From Gammaproteobacteria bacterium (GTDB lineage Bacteria; Pseudomonadota; Gammaproteobacteria; UBA4575), in the NCBI GenBank assembly GCA_965243395.1, contig CBDEUS010000002.1, positions 1,056,001-1,120,000 on the forward strand: a stretch of DNA of 64,000 nt, read 5' to 3'. The translations under genes were made by a program, and so were the position numbers. Positions 53,067 to 64,000 of the stretch are shown here, in pieces; the first letter of the stretch is position 1, and every line of letters starts with the position of its first letter. The notes under the pieces were generated by a model. The model worked only from the letters and a program-made list of their open reading frames with translations. It was not told the origin of the DNA and did no database searches.

Positions 53067-53954
53067 TCAGGGAATTTTCGCTTCTAAGTCTTCAACATTG
53101 ACTTTTGGATGTGCCTGCTTAAATTTTTGTAACTGGCGCGCAGCTTCCGCATAGTCTTTGCGTGCGATCAGTTTTTCGATCATTAACAGCCAGTCTTCAA
53201 CAGGTATAGGGGTGAATTCTTGTTTCGTGCTTTCCGTTGTATCTCTGTTTCTTTGAATCTCTGCACCGGAAATAACATCTGAGGTAGTATCAATATATTC
53301 CTCTGAATGAATTTGTTCACCTTCAACAGACTTTTGTTGCCTGATATCTTCAGTGGCTGGGCTAGATCGATTATCACTATCGAATTCTTCGATACTTGTA
53401 GCACCAGAAGGTTTAGATTTTTCCAGTGGCTGTTCTGATCTCAAAGGCTCACGAGAAAATTCTAGGCTTGTATCGGATTTTCTTTTTGCTTCTTGTTTTT
53501 TTGGTCCCTGTTTTTGATTTAGGGTACGTTCTTCCATCTGCGCATCCCCCAACGCATCCGGCTCTGATTCTTTAATATCTTTGTTATATGTTGATATGTC
53601 CTCGGATTTGGTTTCTTCTAATTTGTTTAACGGATTTGTTTGAGTTTTATCCGGTCTGCTTGTTGTTGATTCAGCTGGAGCAGAAATTTCAGGAATAGGG
53701 GGTAATTCTAATTGTTCAGGGCTTTGGTCGAGTTGCACTAATAAACCAAATACTACAACTACGCTCGCGGCCAATGATAAAGGAACTTTCCAGTCACCTG
53801 CAAAGTGACTGCTGCCCGAGTGTTTTTCTGCGTTCTTGGCATAGTTAATAATTTCATAGTTTAGCTTAGCTGGGGCAGTTTCTTTGGCACCTGCTTTGTA
53901 AAGCTCTGCTAAAACTTGATCATCTTGACTCTGATTGTTTTGTGTATCAGTCAT
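53067..53954 (-). CDS. Putative anti-sigma factor (SbrR-like)
   Basis: Short cytoplasmic N-terminus, WKVPLSLAASVVV TM, disordered periplasmic region, C-terminal WL..I..L......EA...L..F..AHP; follows an ECF sigma. Confidence 0.65.
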   Translation of the reverse strand: MTDTQNNQSQDDQVLAELYKAGAKETAPAKLNYEIINYAKNAEKHSGSSHFAGDWKVPLSLAASVVVVFGLLVQLDQSPEQLELPPIPEISAPAESTTSRPDKTQTNPLNKLEETKSEDISTYNKDIKESEPDALGDAQMEERTLNQKQGPKKQEAKRKSDTSLEFSREPLRSEQPLEKSKPSGATSIEEFDSDNRSSPATEDIRQQKSVEGEQIHSEEYIDTTSDVISGAEIQRNRDTTESTKQEFTPIPVEDWLLMIEKLIARKDYAEAARQLQKFKQAHPKVNVEDLEAKIP

Positions 53955-53970
53955 AAATTAAATTTCTTGT

Positions 53971-54588
53971 TTACTTCAGTAGAGCTGCTTTAAGTTTATT
54001 TTTCGCATATCGTAAGCGGCTTTTAGCTGTTTCCATTTTTACTTGAGTAATCTCGGCAATTTCTTGCACAGACATTTCCTGTTCAAAATACAATATTGCT
54101 GTTTCTTTTTGATCTGCAGGCAATTCTTCTAAAGCCTGCAAAAATAGCTTGCTTTTTTGTTTTAAGGTGAATTCATCTTCAGGTAAAGCGATGGGTGTTG
54201 AGTCATATGAAAAATCTTCGGGCATATCAGACTCTTCAAACTCGATTGTTTGGGAAGGCTTTGCTTTACGGTAATAATCTACTAATGTGTTATGTGCAAT
54301 AGTAAACAAATATGTTTTAAATTTTGCCTTAGGTTTATAACGGCCAGCACTTTTAATCACCTTTATCCACACCTCCTGATAAAGCTCTTCAGATTGTGGT
54401 TTATCACTACAGTGTTTAACAAAATATCGATAAAGTACATCTTTGTACCTGTTGTACAAGTCTTCGAAAGCAGCTTGCTCACCACTTTTATATTTGAGCA
54501 TTAAGCTTTCGTCACTAATAGTGTCAATACGATAGTTACGTGCTCTATTCATGGCTGGCAGCCTAGCGGTGCTAACCATTAAGTGCAA
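53971..54588 (-). CDS. ECF RNA polymerase sigma factor (SbrI-like); start uncertain
   Basis: SDESLM, AFEDLY, EELYQEVW, TYLFTIAHN, ETAKSRLRYA. Confidence 0.9.
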   Translation of the reverse strand: MHLMVSTARLPAMNRARNYRIDTISDESLMLKYKSGEQAAFEDLYNRYKDVLYRYFVKHCSDKPQSEELYQEVWIKVIKSAGRYKPKAKFKTYLFTIAHNTLVDYYRKAKPSQTIEFEESDMPEDFSYDSTPIALPEDEFTLKQKSKLFLQALEELPADQKETAILYFEQEMSVQEIAEITQVKMETAKSRLRYAKNKLKAALLK

Positions 54589-54620
54589 TAGGGCTGCACA
54601 ATAGTGCTATCTAAGTATAT

Positions 54621-54647
54621 AAACGAATAAATACGAGCAAGGGGTTA
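54621..54647 (-). promoter_or_regulatory. Putative autoregulatory ECF promoter
   Basis: TAACCC-N16-CGTTT on the minus strand just upstream of the ECF gene. Confidence 0.6.
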
Positions 54648-54705
54648 AATACCCTATACATTAATATTGGTATCGTTGATTCGACAAGCTTGTTAGGATT
54701 CTGCC

Positions 54706-55872
54706 ATGGCTAAAGCTAAGGTTTCTAAGCGACTACAGGATGTGAATGCCTTTCACGTAATGAGTCTTATGGCAGAGGCTAAAAAGTTGGATAGTCAAGG
54801 ACACAAAGTTATTCATATGGAAATGGGCGAACCGGATTTCTCTACACCTCAACCCATTATCGATGCAGGTATTCGTGCGTTGCAATCAGGCATCACACAT
54901 TACACGCCTACATTGGGATTGCCCGCATTGCGAGATGCAATTGCTGATTTTTATTTTAAAGAATATCAAGTCTCTGTAGATGCAGAGCAGATTATTATTA
55001 CACCGGGATCTGCCACAGCGCTGCAACTAGTGTTGAATCTGATGGTTAGTAGTGGAAAAAGTGTTGCTATCACAGACCCTGCTTATCCGAGCACTCATAA
55101 TCTGGTGCGTTTGTTGGGAGGCCAGGTATTGCAGATTCCAGTACATGAAGATTCTTCTTGGCAGCTTACTTCTGACATACTCGAAGAAAATTGGAACGAA
55201 TCTATTAATGCAGTTTTATTAGCGAGCCCTTCAAATCCTACCGGAACGATTCTTGAGAATTCTGAATTACAAAAAATAGCTGATTACTGCGTTTCTAAAA
55301 ACACATTCTTATTAGTTGATGAAATTTATCATGGTTTGGTTTATTCGAATGCTCCCAGAACGGCAGTAGGATTGAATGAAAATACTTTTGTAATAAATAG
55401 TTTCTCAAAATTTTATGGCATGACGGGCTGGCGTGTTGGCTGGATTGTTTCGCCAAAACATTATTTAGAGGATTTAAATAAACTCGCGCAACATACATTT
55501 TTGGCAGCCCCTACTCCTGGGCAGTATGCGGCTTTAGCGGCATTTGAAGATGTTACACAAAAAATACTTATTGAAAGAAGAGATAAATTTAAGGCACGTC
55601 GTGATTATTTATACGATGCATTAGAAAATATCGGGTTTAAAATGCGTGTTAAGCCACAAGGTGCATTTTATATGTATGCAGATAGTTCGGCTTTCAGTGA
55701 TAATAGTTTTGAGTTTGCTAGCCAAGCTTTGCAGGATAAACATGTAGCATTTACACCAGGAATTGATTTTGGAATATCTGGGGCAAATCAGCATGTGCGT
55801 TTTGCATATACAACCAGCATTGAAAATTTAAAGATAGGTATACAACGCCTAAGCGAGTACAGAGAAATTTAA
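54706..55872 (+). CDS. PLP-dependent aminotransferase class I/II
   Basis: GEPDF, SPSNPTG, DEIY, NSFSKFYGMTGWRVG. Confidence 0.92.
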   Translation: MAKAKVSKRLQDVNAFHVMSLMAEAKKLDSQGHKVIHMEMGEPDFSTPQPIIDAGIRALQSGITHYTPTLGLPALRDAIADFYFKEYQVSVDAEQIIITPGSATALQLVLNLMVSSGKSVAITDPAYPSTHNLVRLLGGQVLQIPVHEDSSWQLTSDILEENWNESINAVLLASPSNPTGTILENSELQKIADYCVSKNTFLLVDEIYHGLVYSNAPRTAVGLNENTFVINSFSKFYGMTGWRVGWIVSPKHYLEDLNKLAQHTFLAAPTPGQYAALAAFEDVTQKILIERRDKFKARRDYLYDALENIGFKMRVKPQGAFYMYADSSAFSDNSFEFASQALQDKHVAFTPGIDFGISGANQHVRFAYTTSIENLKIGIQRLSEYREI

Positions 55873-55881
55873 TTTCGGAAA

Positions 55882-56460
55882 ATGGGAAGCTTTATGAATT
55901 ATGTAATACGTTATTTGTTGTTTTTAATCATTATTTCGCTTTGCGTGTCTTGTTTAAATGCTAATAAAGATACTGATGAGACTGCAGATGAACAAATATT
56001 TATTAATGAGCCAATGAATAATGCACGTATGCATGATCTTTTATTGCGCATTGATCCAGATCTTCAAGGGCAGTTAGGGTCTTGGTTATTAAAGTATGAA
56101 TCATTACAGGTACAAGTAATTACAGATGAAAATGCAGACCGCATGCGTGTCATCGTACCCATAGACAAAATTGAAAATGTAGATCGAGAAGAGTTTATTC
56201 GCTTAATGCAGGCAAATTTTGATTCTGTTTTAGATGCACGCTATAGCGTGGCGAATGGTGTGTTATGGAGTGCTTTTATACATCCACTTTCAATTTTATC
56301 GGATGAAGAATTTATTTCAGGGCTTGCACAGGCCATAACGGCAGCGGCTACATATGGATCTACTTATAGTTCGGGTGCTTTGATTTTTAGAGGCGGTGAT
56401 AGTGATGAGCAACAGCGAGACTACTATGAAAGTATCATAGAAAAGGGGTTGAAGATTTAA
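55882..56460 (+). CDS. Putative lipoprotein with YbjN/T3SS-chaperone-like domain
   Basis: Signal peptide with CVSC; DRMRV..PI, LMQANF..LDARY, LWSAFIHPL. Confidence 0.6.
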   Translation: MGSFMNYVIRYLLFLIIISLCVSCLNANKDTDETADEQIFINEPMNNARMHDLLLRIDPDLQGQLGSWLLKYESLQVQVITDENADRMRVIVPIDKIENVDREEFIRLMQANFDSVLDARYSVANGVLWSAFIHPLSILSDEEFISGLAQAITAAATYGSTYSSGALIFRGGDSDEQQRDYYESIIEKGLKI

Positions 56461-56474
56461 AGCTTATTTATTAC

Positions 56475-56684
56475 TTATGTTGCAAGTGATGAATTGTGAT
56501 ATAACGAAGAGGCTTTTTTGCAAATGTTTTTGCGTATTTCCTCTTGGTACTGATCTTCAAAACGCGGCATTTGTGACGCTGCAGACATGAGATACCACAA
56601 TCCATTGCGTTGCTTCATGAAATAAGAAACAAGCTTGTTTGCTTCTCGTTTTGCTCTTGCGAGCATGAGTTCATCTTGCATCAT
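56475..56684 (-). CDS. Small hypothetical protein
   Basis: 69 aa with strong AAGGAG SD. Confidence 0.6.
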   Translation of the reverse strand: MMQDELMLARAKREANKLVSYFMKQRNGLWYLMSAASQMPRFEDQYQEEIRKNICKKASSLYHNSSLAT

Positions 56685-56855
56685 TCGTCTCCTTGTTTGA
56701 ACTGAATGATTACGACATCATTGTGCACATATAAATGAGTATATGTGTTGACGCCTTAGATTAATGGTGCTGAATAGCTTAATCAAAGGCATCAGAACTA
56801 GCTAAGTAGTTGTTATTAGTTAGAGGATAAATATCAAGATTAGTTCAGCCTGAAA

Positions 56856-57617
56856 TCATTCAGAATGAAGCAAATTTGTTGAACTTGTTGATTTTAAATT
56901 TTTAGACCAAAGTGATGTAGCTGCTGCAACGCCAACAGGCATCGCAAAAAAATTAAGAATAGGTGTGATGGTCATAAACATTAATGCAGCACCCATGCCT
57001 ATACATTTAAATCGATTTTGTTTTATCAAAATTAATTGATCTTTAAATTTTATATCGTGATTACCCATGGGATAGTCTAAATATTCTATTGCTAACATCC
57101 AGGCGCCAAATAAAAACCATAAGAAAGGCGCAATTAGGTTTACACCAGGAATGATGGACAAGATAAGTAACGGGATTGCGCGGCTGACAATATATAAAAC
57201 TTTTCGTAGTTCATTGCCGAGCCCCAAGCTTGCTGCTTTTATCAGATCTAAATAATTACTATTACCAGTAGATTTTCTATTTTCTGTAGGTAAAAGGTGA
57301 TGTTCGATTTTTTCAGATAACACGCTATTAAAAGGTGCGCCTAAAAGGTTAGCCACTAATGTAAAGGCAAAAAACATCACGACTAAGCTGGCTAATATAA
57401 CAAGAGGCCATATAATAAATTCAAGCCAAGCAAGCCAAGTGGGTAATATTTGTTCGATATAAGCGTCTAGTTTTGTAAATCCGAACCAAAATGCACTCGA
57501 AAATAAAATTAAATTTATAAGTGCTGGAATAACTACATAACGCTTAACGCCTGGCTTTTTGATTAAACGAAAGCCGTTTAATACATGAGAAACTCCGTAT
57601 AGTGCATCTTTTAACAT
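56856..57617 (-). CDS. cysZ: CysZ/EI24-family membrane protein
   Basis: ANLLGAPFN, AWMLAIEYLDYP, MPVGVAAAT..W. Confidence 0.88.
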   Translation of the reverse strand: MLKDALYGVSHVLNGFRLIKKPGVKRYVVIPALINLILFSSAFWFGFTKLDAYIEQILPTWLAWLEFIIWPLVILASLVVMFFAFTLVANLLGAPFNSVLSEKIEHHLLPTENRKSTGNSNYLDLIKAASLGLGNELRKVLYIVSRAIPLLILSIIPGVNLIAPFLWFLFGAWMLAIEYLDYPMGNHDIKFKDQLILIKQNRFKCIGMGAALMFMTITPILNFFAMPVGVAAATSLWSKNLKSTSSTNLLHSE

Positions 57618-57656
57618 CTAAAAGATCTTTATAATTCGTCTGTTTGTTATATAAAC

Positions 57657-58055
57657 TTAAAGTGAATTGGGAAGTTCGACAGGTGTTTTGGGTTGCCACC
57701 CTTGTTTGCGGTGTTCGACCGTAACATAAGTATAGATACCACCTCGTATATTAAAGTCTCCTGTGATTCGCATAAATCGGGGCTTTAGCAATGTCGCAAT
57801 ATCGCTTAGAATTTCATTAGTTATTGCTTCATGAAATGCTCCTTTGTCTCTAAATGACGTCATATACAATTTGAGAGCCTTAAGCTCTACACATAGTTCG
57901 TCAGGAACATATTCAATTAAGAACTTGGCAAAGTCAGGTTGGCCTGTAAGTGGGCATAAGCAAGTGAATTCAGGAATACGAATGCGGATAGTATAGTCAG
58001 TTTCGATTTGTGGGTTTTCGAAAGTATCTAAATGTTGTGTATGAAAATTCGTCAT
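57657..58055 (-). CDS. queF: PreQ0 nitrile reductase (unimodular type)
   Basis: [31 protein letters not shown]. Confidence 0.95.
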   Translation of the reverse strand: MTNFHTQHLDTFENPQIETDYTIRIRIPEFTCLCPLTGQPDFAKFLIEYVPDELCVELKALKLYMTSFRDKGAFHEAITNEILSDIATLLKPRFMRITGDFNIRGGIYTYVTVEHRKQGWQPKTPVELPNSL

Positions 58056-58114
58056 CGGAGTTTCTATTTTGTTTTTAATATGGCTATTTTAGCGAATAAC
58101 GAGTGAATAAATAG

Positions 58115-61100
58115 ATGCTGCTTAGTTCAATCAAAATGGCCGGATTCAAATCTTTTGTAGATCCAATTACCTTGGATTTTCCAACTTCTATGGTGGGTAT
58201 TGTAGGCCCGAATGGTTGTGGTAAATCGAATATCATCGACGCCGTACGCTGGGTGATGGGTGAAAGCTCTAAGCATATACGCGGCGATACCATGGAAGAT
58301 GTGATTTTTAATGGTTCCTCAACCCGTAAACCAGTCGGTCAGGCTTCAATTGAATTAGTGTTTGATAATAGTGAAGGTAAATTGGGCGGGGAATATTCTT
58401 CTTATAACGAGATTTCCGTGCGTAGGCAAGTGACTCGTGACGGGCAATCTAAATATTTTCTAAACGGTACAAAGTGTCGCCGTAAAGATATTGTTGGTCT
58501 TTTCTTGGGAACAGGTTTAGGTCCTCGCAGCTACGCAATAATTGAGCAGGGAATGATCTCACGTTTAATTGATGCGAAACCGGATGAGTTGCGTGTCTAT
58601 TTAGAAGAAGCAGCTGGAATTTCTAAGTATAAAGAGCGCCGACGTGAAACCGAAAATCGAATTCGTCATACGCGAGAAAATTTAGATCGTTTAAATGATG
58701 TAATTGAAGAAATCACCAAACGTATAGAACATCTACAAAGACAAGCCCGAGCTGCAGAACGATATAAAGGGCTTAAAGCTGAAGAGCGACAAGCAAAAAC
58801 CGAATTGTTAGCTTTGCGTTGGCAGGCGCATCAAGATGAAGTGCTAGAGCGAAAACACACAATGGAGCATAAAGAAACAGAAATTGAAAAAGTAATTTCT
58901 GAAATTCGTGGCATTGAGGCAGAAATTGAAAAACTACGTCAGCAACACGCAGATGAAACAGAAGAGTTTAATCAAGTTCAGGGAGATTATTATAAGTTAG
59001 GCGGGGAAATTTCTCGAATAGAACAATCTATTCAACATGTGAAAGAGTTAAATAGTCGTTATGACGAAGAGCTTGCGCAAGTACAAGAAGCTTGGGCAAA
59101 ATCCGAGAAAAGTTTGATTGAAGAGCAAGCCAAAGCAGCAGATTTGGAAAATAAAATTGCAGCGATCGAGCCACAATTAACAGCTGCTCGTGAGGAATTA
59201 AGTTCCAATACTGAAAAGTTAGGTAAAGCCGAATCAAAAATGGCTGAATGGCAAGACGCATGGGAAGCATTGAGCGAAAAAATTGCCGAACCTGCACAAA
59301 TTGCTGAGATCGAAGCTTCTCGTGTTGATTATTTGGAAAATCATCTCGAGCAATTAACAGAGCGTAAAGATAAGCTCTTAGAAGACTTACATCAGTTCAG
59401 TAAGCACAAGTCGTCTAAAGAATCAGAAGATTTTGTATCTCGTGTGAATGAAACCAATATTGCATTGCAAGCCATTTCTCCAAAAATAGCTGAGTTGACT
59501 AAAAAGATCAGTGCGGGGCGCGATTCAAGTCAAACGTTAGGTATGCAACTTGAAAAGTCACGTGACAGATTACAAACAATGCAAACTGAACTCTCCTCGC
59601 TACAAGCTTTACAACGTGTGGTCTTGGGTGAGGAAGGTAAAGACGTTAGTAAATGGTTAGATCAGCATGGTTTAACGAAAGCACCACGTTTGATGGACCA
59701 GATAAAAACTGAGCCTGGTTGGGAAGCGGCAGTGGAAGCCGTATTGGGAGATTACTTGGAAGCAGTTTGTGTAAAAGACATCAAGCAAGTAGCGGCTTCA
59801 ATGAAAGATATTCGAACAGGTCGCGTGATGATGCTTAATCAAAACACTGATGTTAAACAACATTCTCGAGACGCACTCGCGAGTAAAGTAAAAACCCCTG
59901 TAGATTTATCAGAAAAACTAGGGAATGTATTTGTTGCCAATAACGTTCAAGATGCGCTGAAAAAGAGCGCTTCACTCGAGACGGGAGAATCTGTAATTAC
60001 CAAAGATGGTGTTTGGATAGGCCCAGATTGGTTGCGCGTCTCAAGAATAGCAGCTAACAAAGGTAATGTGTTGCAGCGTAAAAATGAAATTCGCTCACTA
60101 GAAAAACAAGTGCATACATTACAAAGTGAAATTAATGCGATGGTAGAAAATCTGGAAGCATGTCAAAGTGAGTTGTATGAGAATGAAAAAGAACGTGATC
60201 AAGTTCAAGCAAGCTTAACCAATGCACAAAAGGTACATGCACAGGCTGAAGCTGAAATGTCGGGTTGGGAAAGTGAAAAAGAGCATATTACACGCCAAGA
60301 AGAGCAGGTGCGTGATTACCTGGAAGATGTAAATCGTCAAATTAAACAGTCAGAAGAAGAATTAGAAGATTCAAGAAACTCTAAACAAGAAGCAGATGAT
60401 GTACTAGAAACATTAAATGTAGATCGTGAAAAATTGTTAGAACAACGTGACAATACTGTTTTCCATTTAGACGGCGCTAGAAGCGAGGAAGTTGAGCGTC
60501 GAGAGTCAACCCATCGACTAGCATTAAATTTAGAATCTTATCGCAGCTCCTTAAAAGCTGCTCACGCGTCGTTAGAACGTATGAAAGAGCAAGGTGAGCA
60601 ACTTAAGCATCGTGAGCAAGCATTGCGTGAATCAATTGAAGATGGCAACACACCGCTCACAGAGCTTAATGCAAATCTTAAGAACTATGTGGATAAGCGC
60701 GTTAAGATTGAACACAACCTTGCAGATGCGAGAGCTACTGCACAACAAACAGAAGAATTGGTGCGTAGCAAGCAAGAATATAATGTAGAAACACAACGTA
60801 GTCTTGAAGAACATAGAAACGCATTAAATCAGTTGCAACTCGCATGGCAAGAAGCAAATGTTCGAAGTAAAACCGTGCAAGAACAATTACAAGAATATGA
60901 TGTTTTACCTGAGTCAGTATTAGAAAAACTTGATGAAGACGCTAGTTTAGAAAAATGGGAAGACAAAACGCAGTCATTAGAAAGAAAAATTAATCGACTA
61001 GGTCCTATTAACCTTGCCGCAATTGGCGAGTTTGAAGAGCATAATGAACGTAAAGAATATCTAGATAAACAGCATGAAGATTTAATGAATGCTCTAGAAA

Positions 61101-61615
61101 CACTTGAAGATGCAATTCGGAAAATTGATAAAGAAACTAAAGATCGTTTTAAAGATATTTTTGAAAATGTGAATAGTCATCTACAAGCTATGTTCCCACG
61201 CTTATTTGGTGGCGGGAAAGCGTTTCTTGAGATGACTGGAGATGATCTTCTTACCACTGGAATAGCGATTATGGCTCGCCCGCCAGGCAAAAGATTATCC
61301 TCGATTCAGTTGATGTCAGGCGGTGAGAAAGCGCTTACAGCTGTGGCACTGGTATTTTCATTATTTGAACTTAACCCCGCACCATTTTGTCTACTCGACG
61401 AGGTTGATGCGCCATTGGATGATGCCAATGTGACGCGTTTTTGTGATTTATTAAAAGATATGAGTGACCGAGTGCAGTTCATATACATCACGCATAACAA
61501 AAATACTATGGAATATGCTAGTCAACTACTAGGTATTACAATGCATGAGCCTGGTGTTTCAAGAATTGTATCTGTAGATGTAGATGCTGCTGCTGAAATG
61601 GCTGCTGTTTCTTAA
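58115..61615 (+). CDS. smc: Chromosome partition protein Smc
   Basis: GFKSF, GPNGCGKSN, coiled coils and hinge, MSGGEK, LLDEVD. Confidence 0.98.
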   Translation: MLLSSIKMAGFKSFVDPITLDFPTSMVGIVGPNGCGKSNIIDAVRWVMGESSKHIRGDTMEDVIFNGSSTRKPVGQASIELVFDNSEGKLGGEYSSYNEISVRRQVTRDGQSKYFLNGTKCRRKDIVGLFLGTGLGPRSYAIIEQGMISRLIDAKPDELRVYLEEAAGISKYKERRRETENRIRHTRENLDRLNDVIEEITKRIEHLQRQARAAERYKGLKAEERQAKTELLALRWQAHQDEVLERKHTMEHKETEIEKVISEIRGIEAEIEKLRQQHADETEEFNQVQGDYYKLGGEISRIEQSIQHVKELNSRYDEELAQVQEAWAKSEKSLIEEQAKAADLENKIAAIEPQLTAAREELSSNTEKLGKAESKMAEWQDAWEALSEKIAEPAQIAEIEASRVDYLENHLEQLTERKDKLLEDLHQFSKHKSSKESEDFVSRVNETNIALQAISPKIAELTKKISAGRDSSQTLGMQLEKSRDRLQTMQTELSSLQALQRVVLGEEGKDVSKWLDQHGLTKAPRLMDQIKTEPGWEAAVEAVLGDYLEAVCVKDIKQVAASMKDIRTGRVMMLNQNTDVKQHSRDALASKVKTPVDLSEKLGNVFVANNVQDALKKSASLETGESVITKDGVWIGPDWLRVSRIAANKGNVLQRKNEIRSLEKQVHTLQSEINAMVENLEACQSELYENEKERDQVQASLTNAQKVHAQAEAEMSGWESEKEHITRQEEQVRDYLEDVNRQIKQSEEELEDSRNSKQEADDVLETLNVDREKLLEQRDNTVFHLDGARSEEVERRESTHRLALNLESYRSSLKAAHASLERMKEQGEQLKHREQALRESIEDGNTPLTELNANLKNYVDKRVKIEHNLADARATAQQTEELVRSKQEYNVETQRSLEEHRNALNQLQLAWQEANVRSKTVQEQLQEYDVLPESVLEKLDEDASLEKWEDKTQSLERKINRLGPINLAAIGEFEEHNERKEYLDKQHEDLMNALETLEDAIRKIDKETKDRFKDIFENVNSHLQAMFPRLFGGGKAFLEMTGDDLLTTGIAIMARPPGKRLSSIQLMSGGEKALTAVALVFSLFELNPAPFCLLDEVDAPLDDANVTRFCDLLKDMSDRVQFIYITHNKNTMEYASQLLGITMHEPGVSRIVSVDVDAAAEMAAVS

Positions 61616-61693
61616 CTTCAATCTCAGATTACTAATCTGTGTCTGCAAAATTTTCTCAATTTAACTTAGTTTGCCAGTACGAATTCGTATAGC

Positions 61694-62470
61694 ATGGAAT
61701 TAGAACTTCGTATTGCATTATTACTCATCGGTATAGCGATGATTGCTGCGTTGTATTTTTTTGGTAAATCCAAGCGTGCAGTTCAAAAGCGAGAAGATGA
61801 TGAGTTTGATTTTTCTTCAGGTGATTTTCCTGATCCTCTAGAAATAGACCAGCCACTTGAATTGGATGATGATCTAGTAAACGAAAACGATCCAATAAAT
61901 GACATCAGTGATGGTTTGAGTAATTTGGTTCGTGAAGAAATTACGGAATCATCACATGTAAGGTCAGCTAAAAATAAAGCTGCGTTTAAACACCAACCTA
62001 GCTTATTAGATGAGGATCCAGAACCACCCAAACTTGAGGAAAAGCTTGTAGTGTTACATGTAATGGCACGTCGACCACAAAAATTCTCAGGCGATGGAAT
62101 TGAAAGCTTGAGTAGAGAACTTGATCTTGAGCTTGATGAAATGCAAATTTTTAATAAATACGTTGAAAGGTTTAGTGGCAAGAAAACACTTTATCATATG
62201 CTAAATATTGTTAAGCCTGGGACTTTCAATAAACAATCTATGCGAGAGTTTGAAACACCAGGGCTGAGCTTTGTTTTAAATTTACCCGGGCCAGAAGAGG
62301 GCTTGCGAGCTTTTAATATTATGCTTGAGGATGCTCGAAAATTTGCAGAGCGTTTGAATGGAGATTTACTGGACGAATCACGAAATCGTTTAAATCCACA
62401 AATGACTGCGCACATTCAAGAAGATATACAGCTTTTTAGTTTGAAAAATCCCCGCACAGCTCAAGCTTGA
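61694..62470 (+). CDS. zipA: Cell division protein ZipA
   Basis: N-terminal TM, acidic linker, KPGTF...TPGLSF C-terminal domain; smc-zipA-ligA order. Confidence 0.9.
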   Translation: MELELRIALLLIGIAMIAALYFFGKSKRAVQKREDDEFDFSSGDFPDPLEIDQPLELDDDLVNENDPINDISDGLSNLVREEITESSHVRSAKNKAAFKHQPSLLDEDPEPPKLEEKLVVLHVMARRPQKFSGDGIESLSRELDLELDEMQIFNKYVERFSGKKTLYHMLNIVKPGTFNKQSMREFETPGLSFVLNLPGPEEGLRAFNIMLEDARKFAERLNGDLLDESRNRLNPQMTAHIQEDIQLFSLKNPRTAQA

Positions 62471-62504
62471 AATAGCTCTAAAAAATTTTATCTTTGTTGC
62501 ATAA

Positions 62505-64000
<1,496 letters not shown>

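Overview
AT-rich gammaproteobacterial chromosome segment, mostly core genes. It contains hflC(3' end)-DUF2065-hisZ-purA, galE, rnr-rlmB, rpsF-rpsR-rplI-dnaB-alr-fadD, ispG, tRNA-Arg(CCT), tRNA-Leu(CAA), queA-tgt-yajC-secDF, suhB/trmJ, iscRSUA-hscBA-fdx-iscX, ndk-rlmN-pilW-rodZ-hisS-yfgM-bamB-der, an ECF sigma/anti-sigma pair with MoxR-DUF58-transglutaminase, cysZ, queF and smc-zipA-ligA(5' part). I saw no CRISPR array, integrase, transposase or phage genes. The most interesting items are: (1) a TM-BON-OmpA protein paired with a membrane-anchored coiled-coil, Lys/Ala-rich, helix-hairpin-helix protein, a possible cell wall-to-DNA tether; (2) two unrelated proteins with tandem [D/E]RRxxxDRR motifs plus a GGDEF/degenerate-EAL protein, associated with CRP/Vfr-like boxes, a possible c-di-GMP effector module; (3) a 2H-phosphoesterase gene sharing its start-codon CATG with the divergent galE; (4) a repetitive acidic DnaB tail; (5) an Ndk lacking the Kpn-loop proline; (6) a 133-bp palindromic element inside the isc operon. 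All family calls come from motif recognition by eye, not from database searches.
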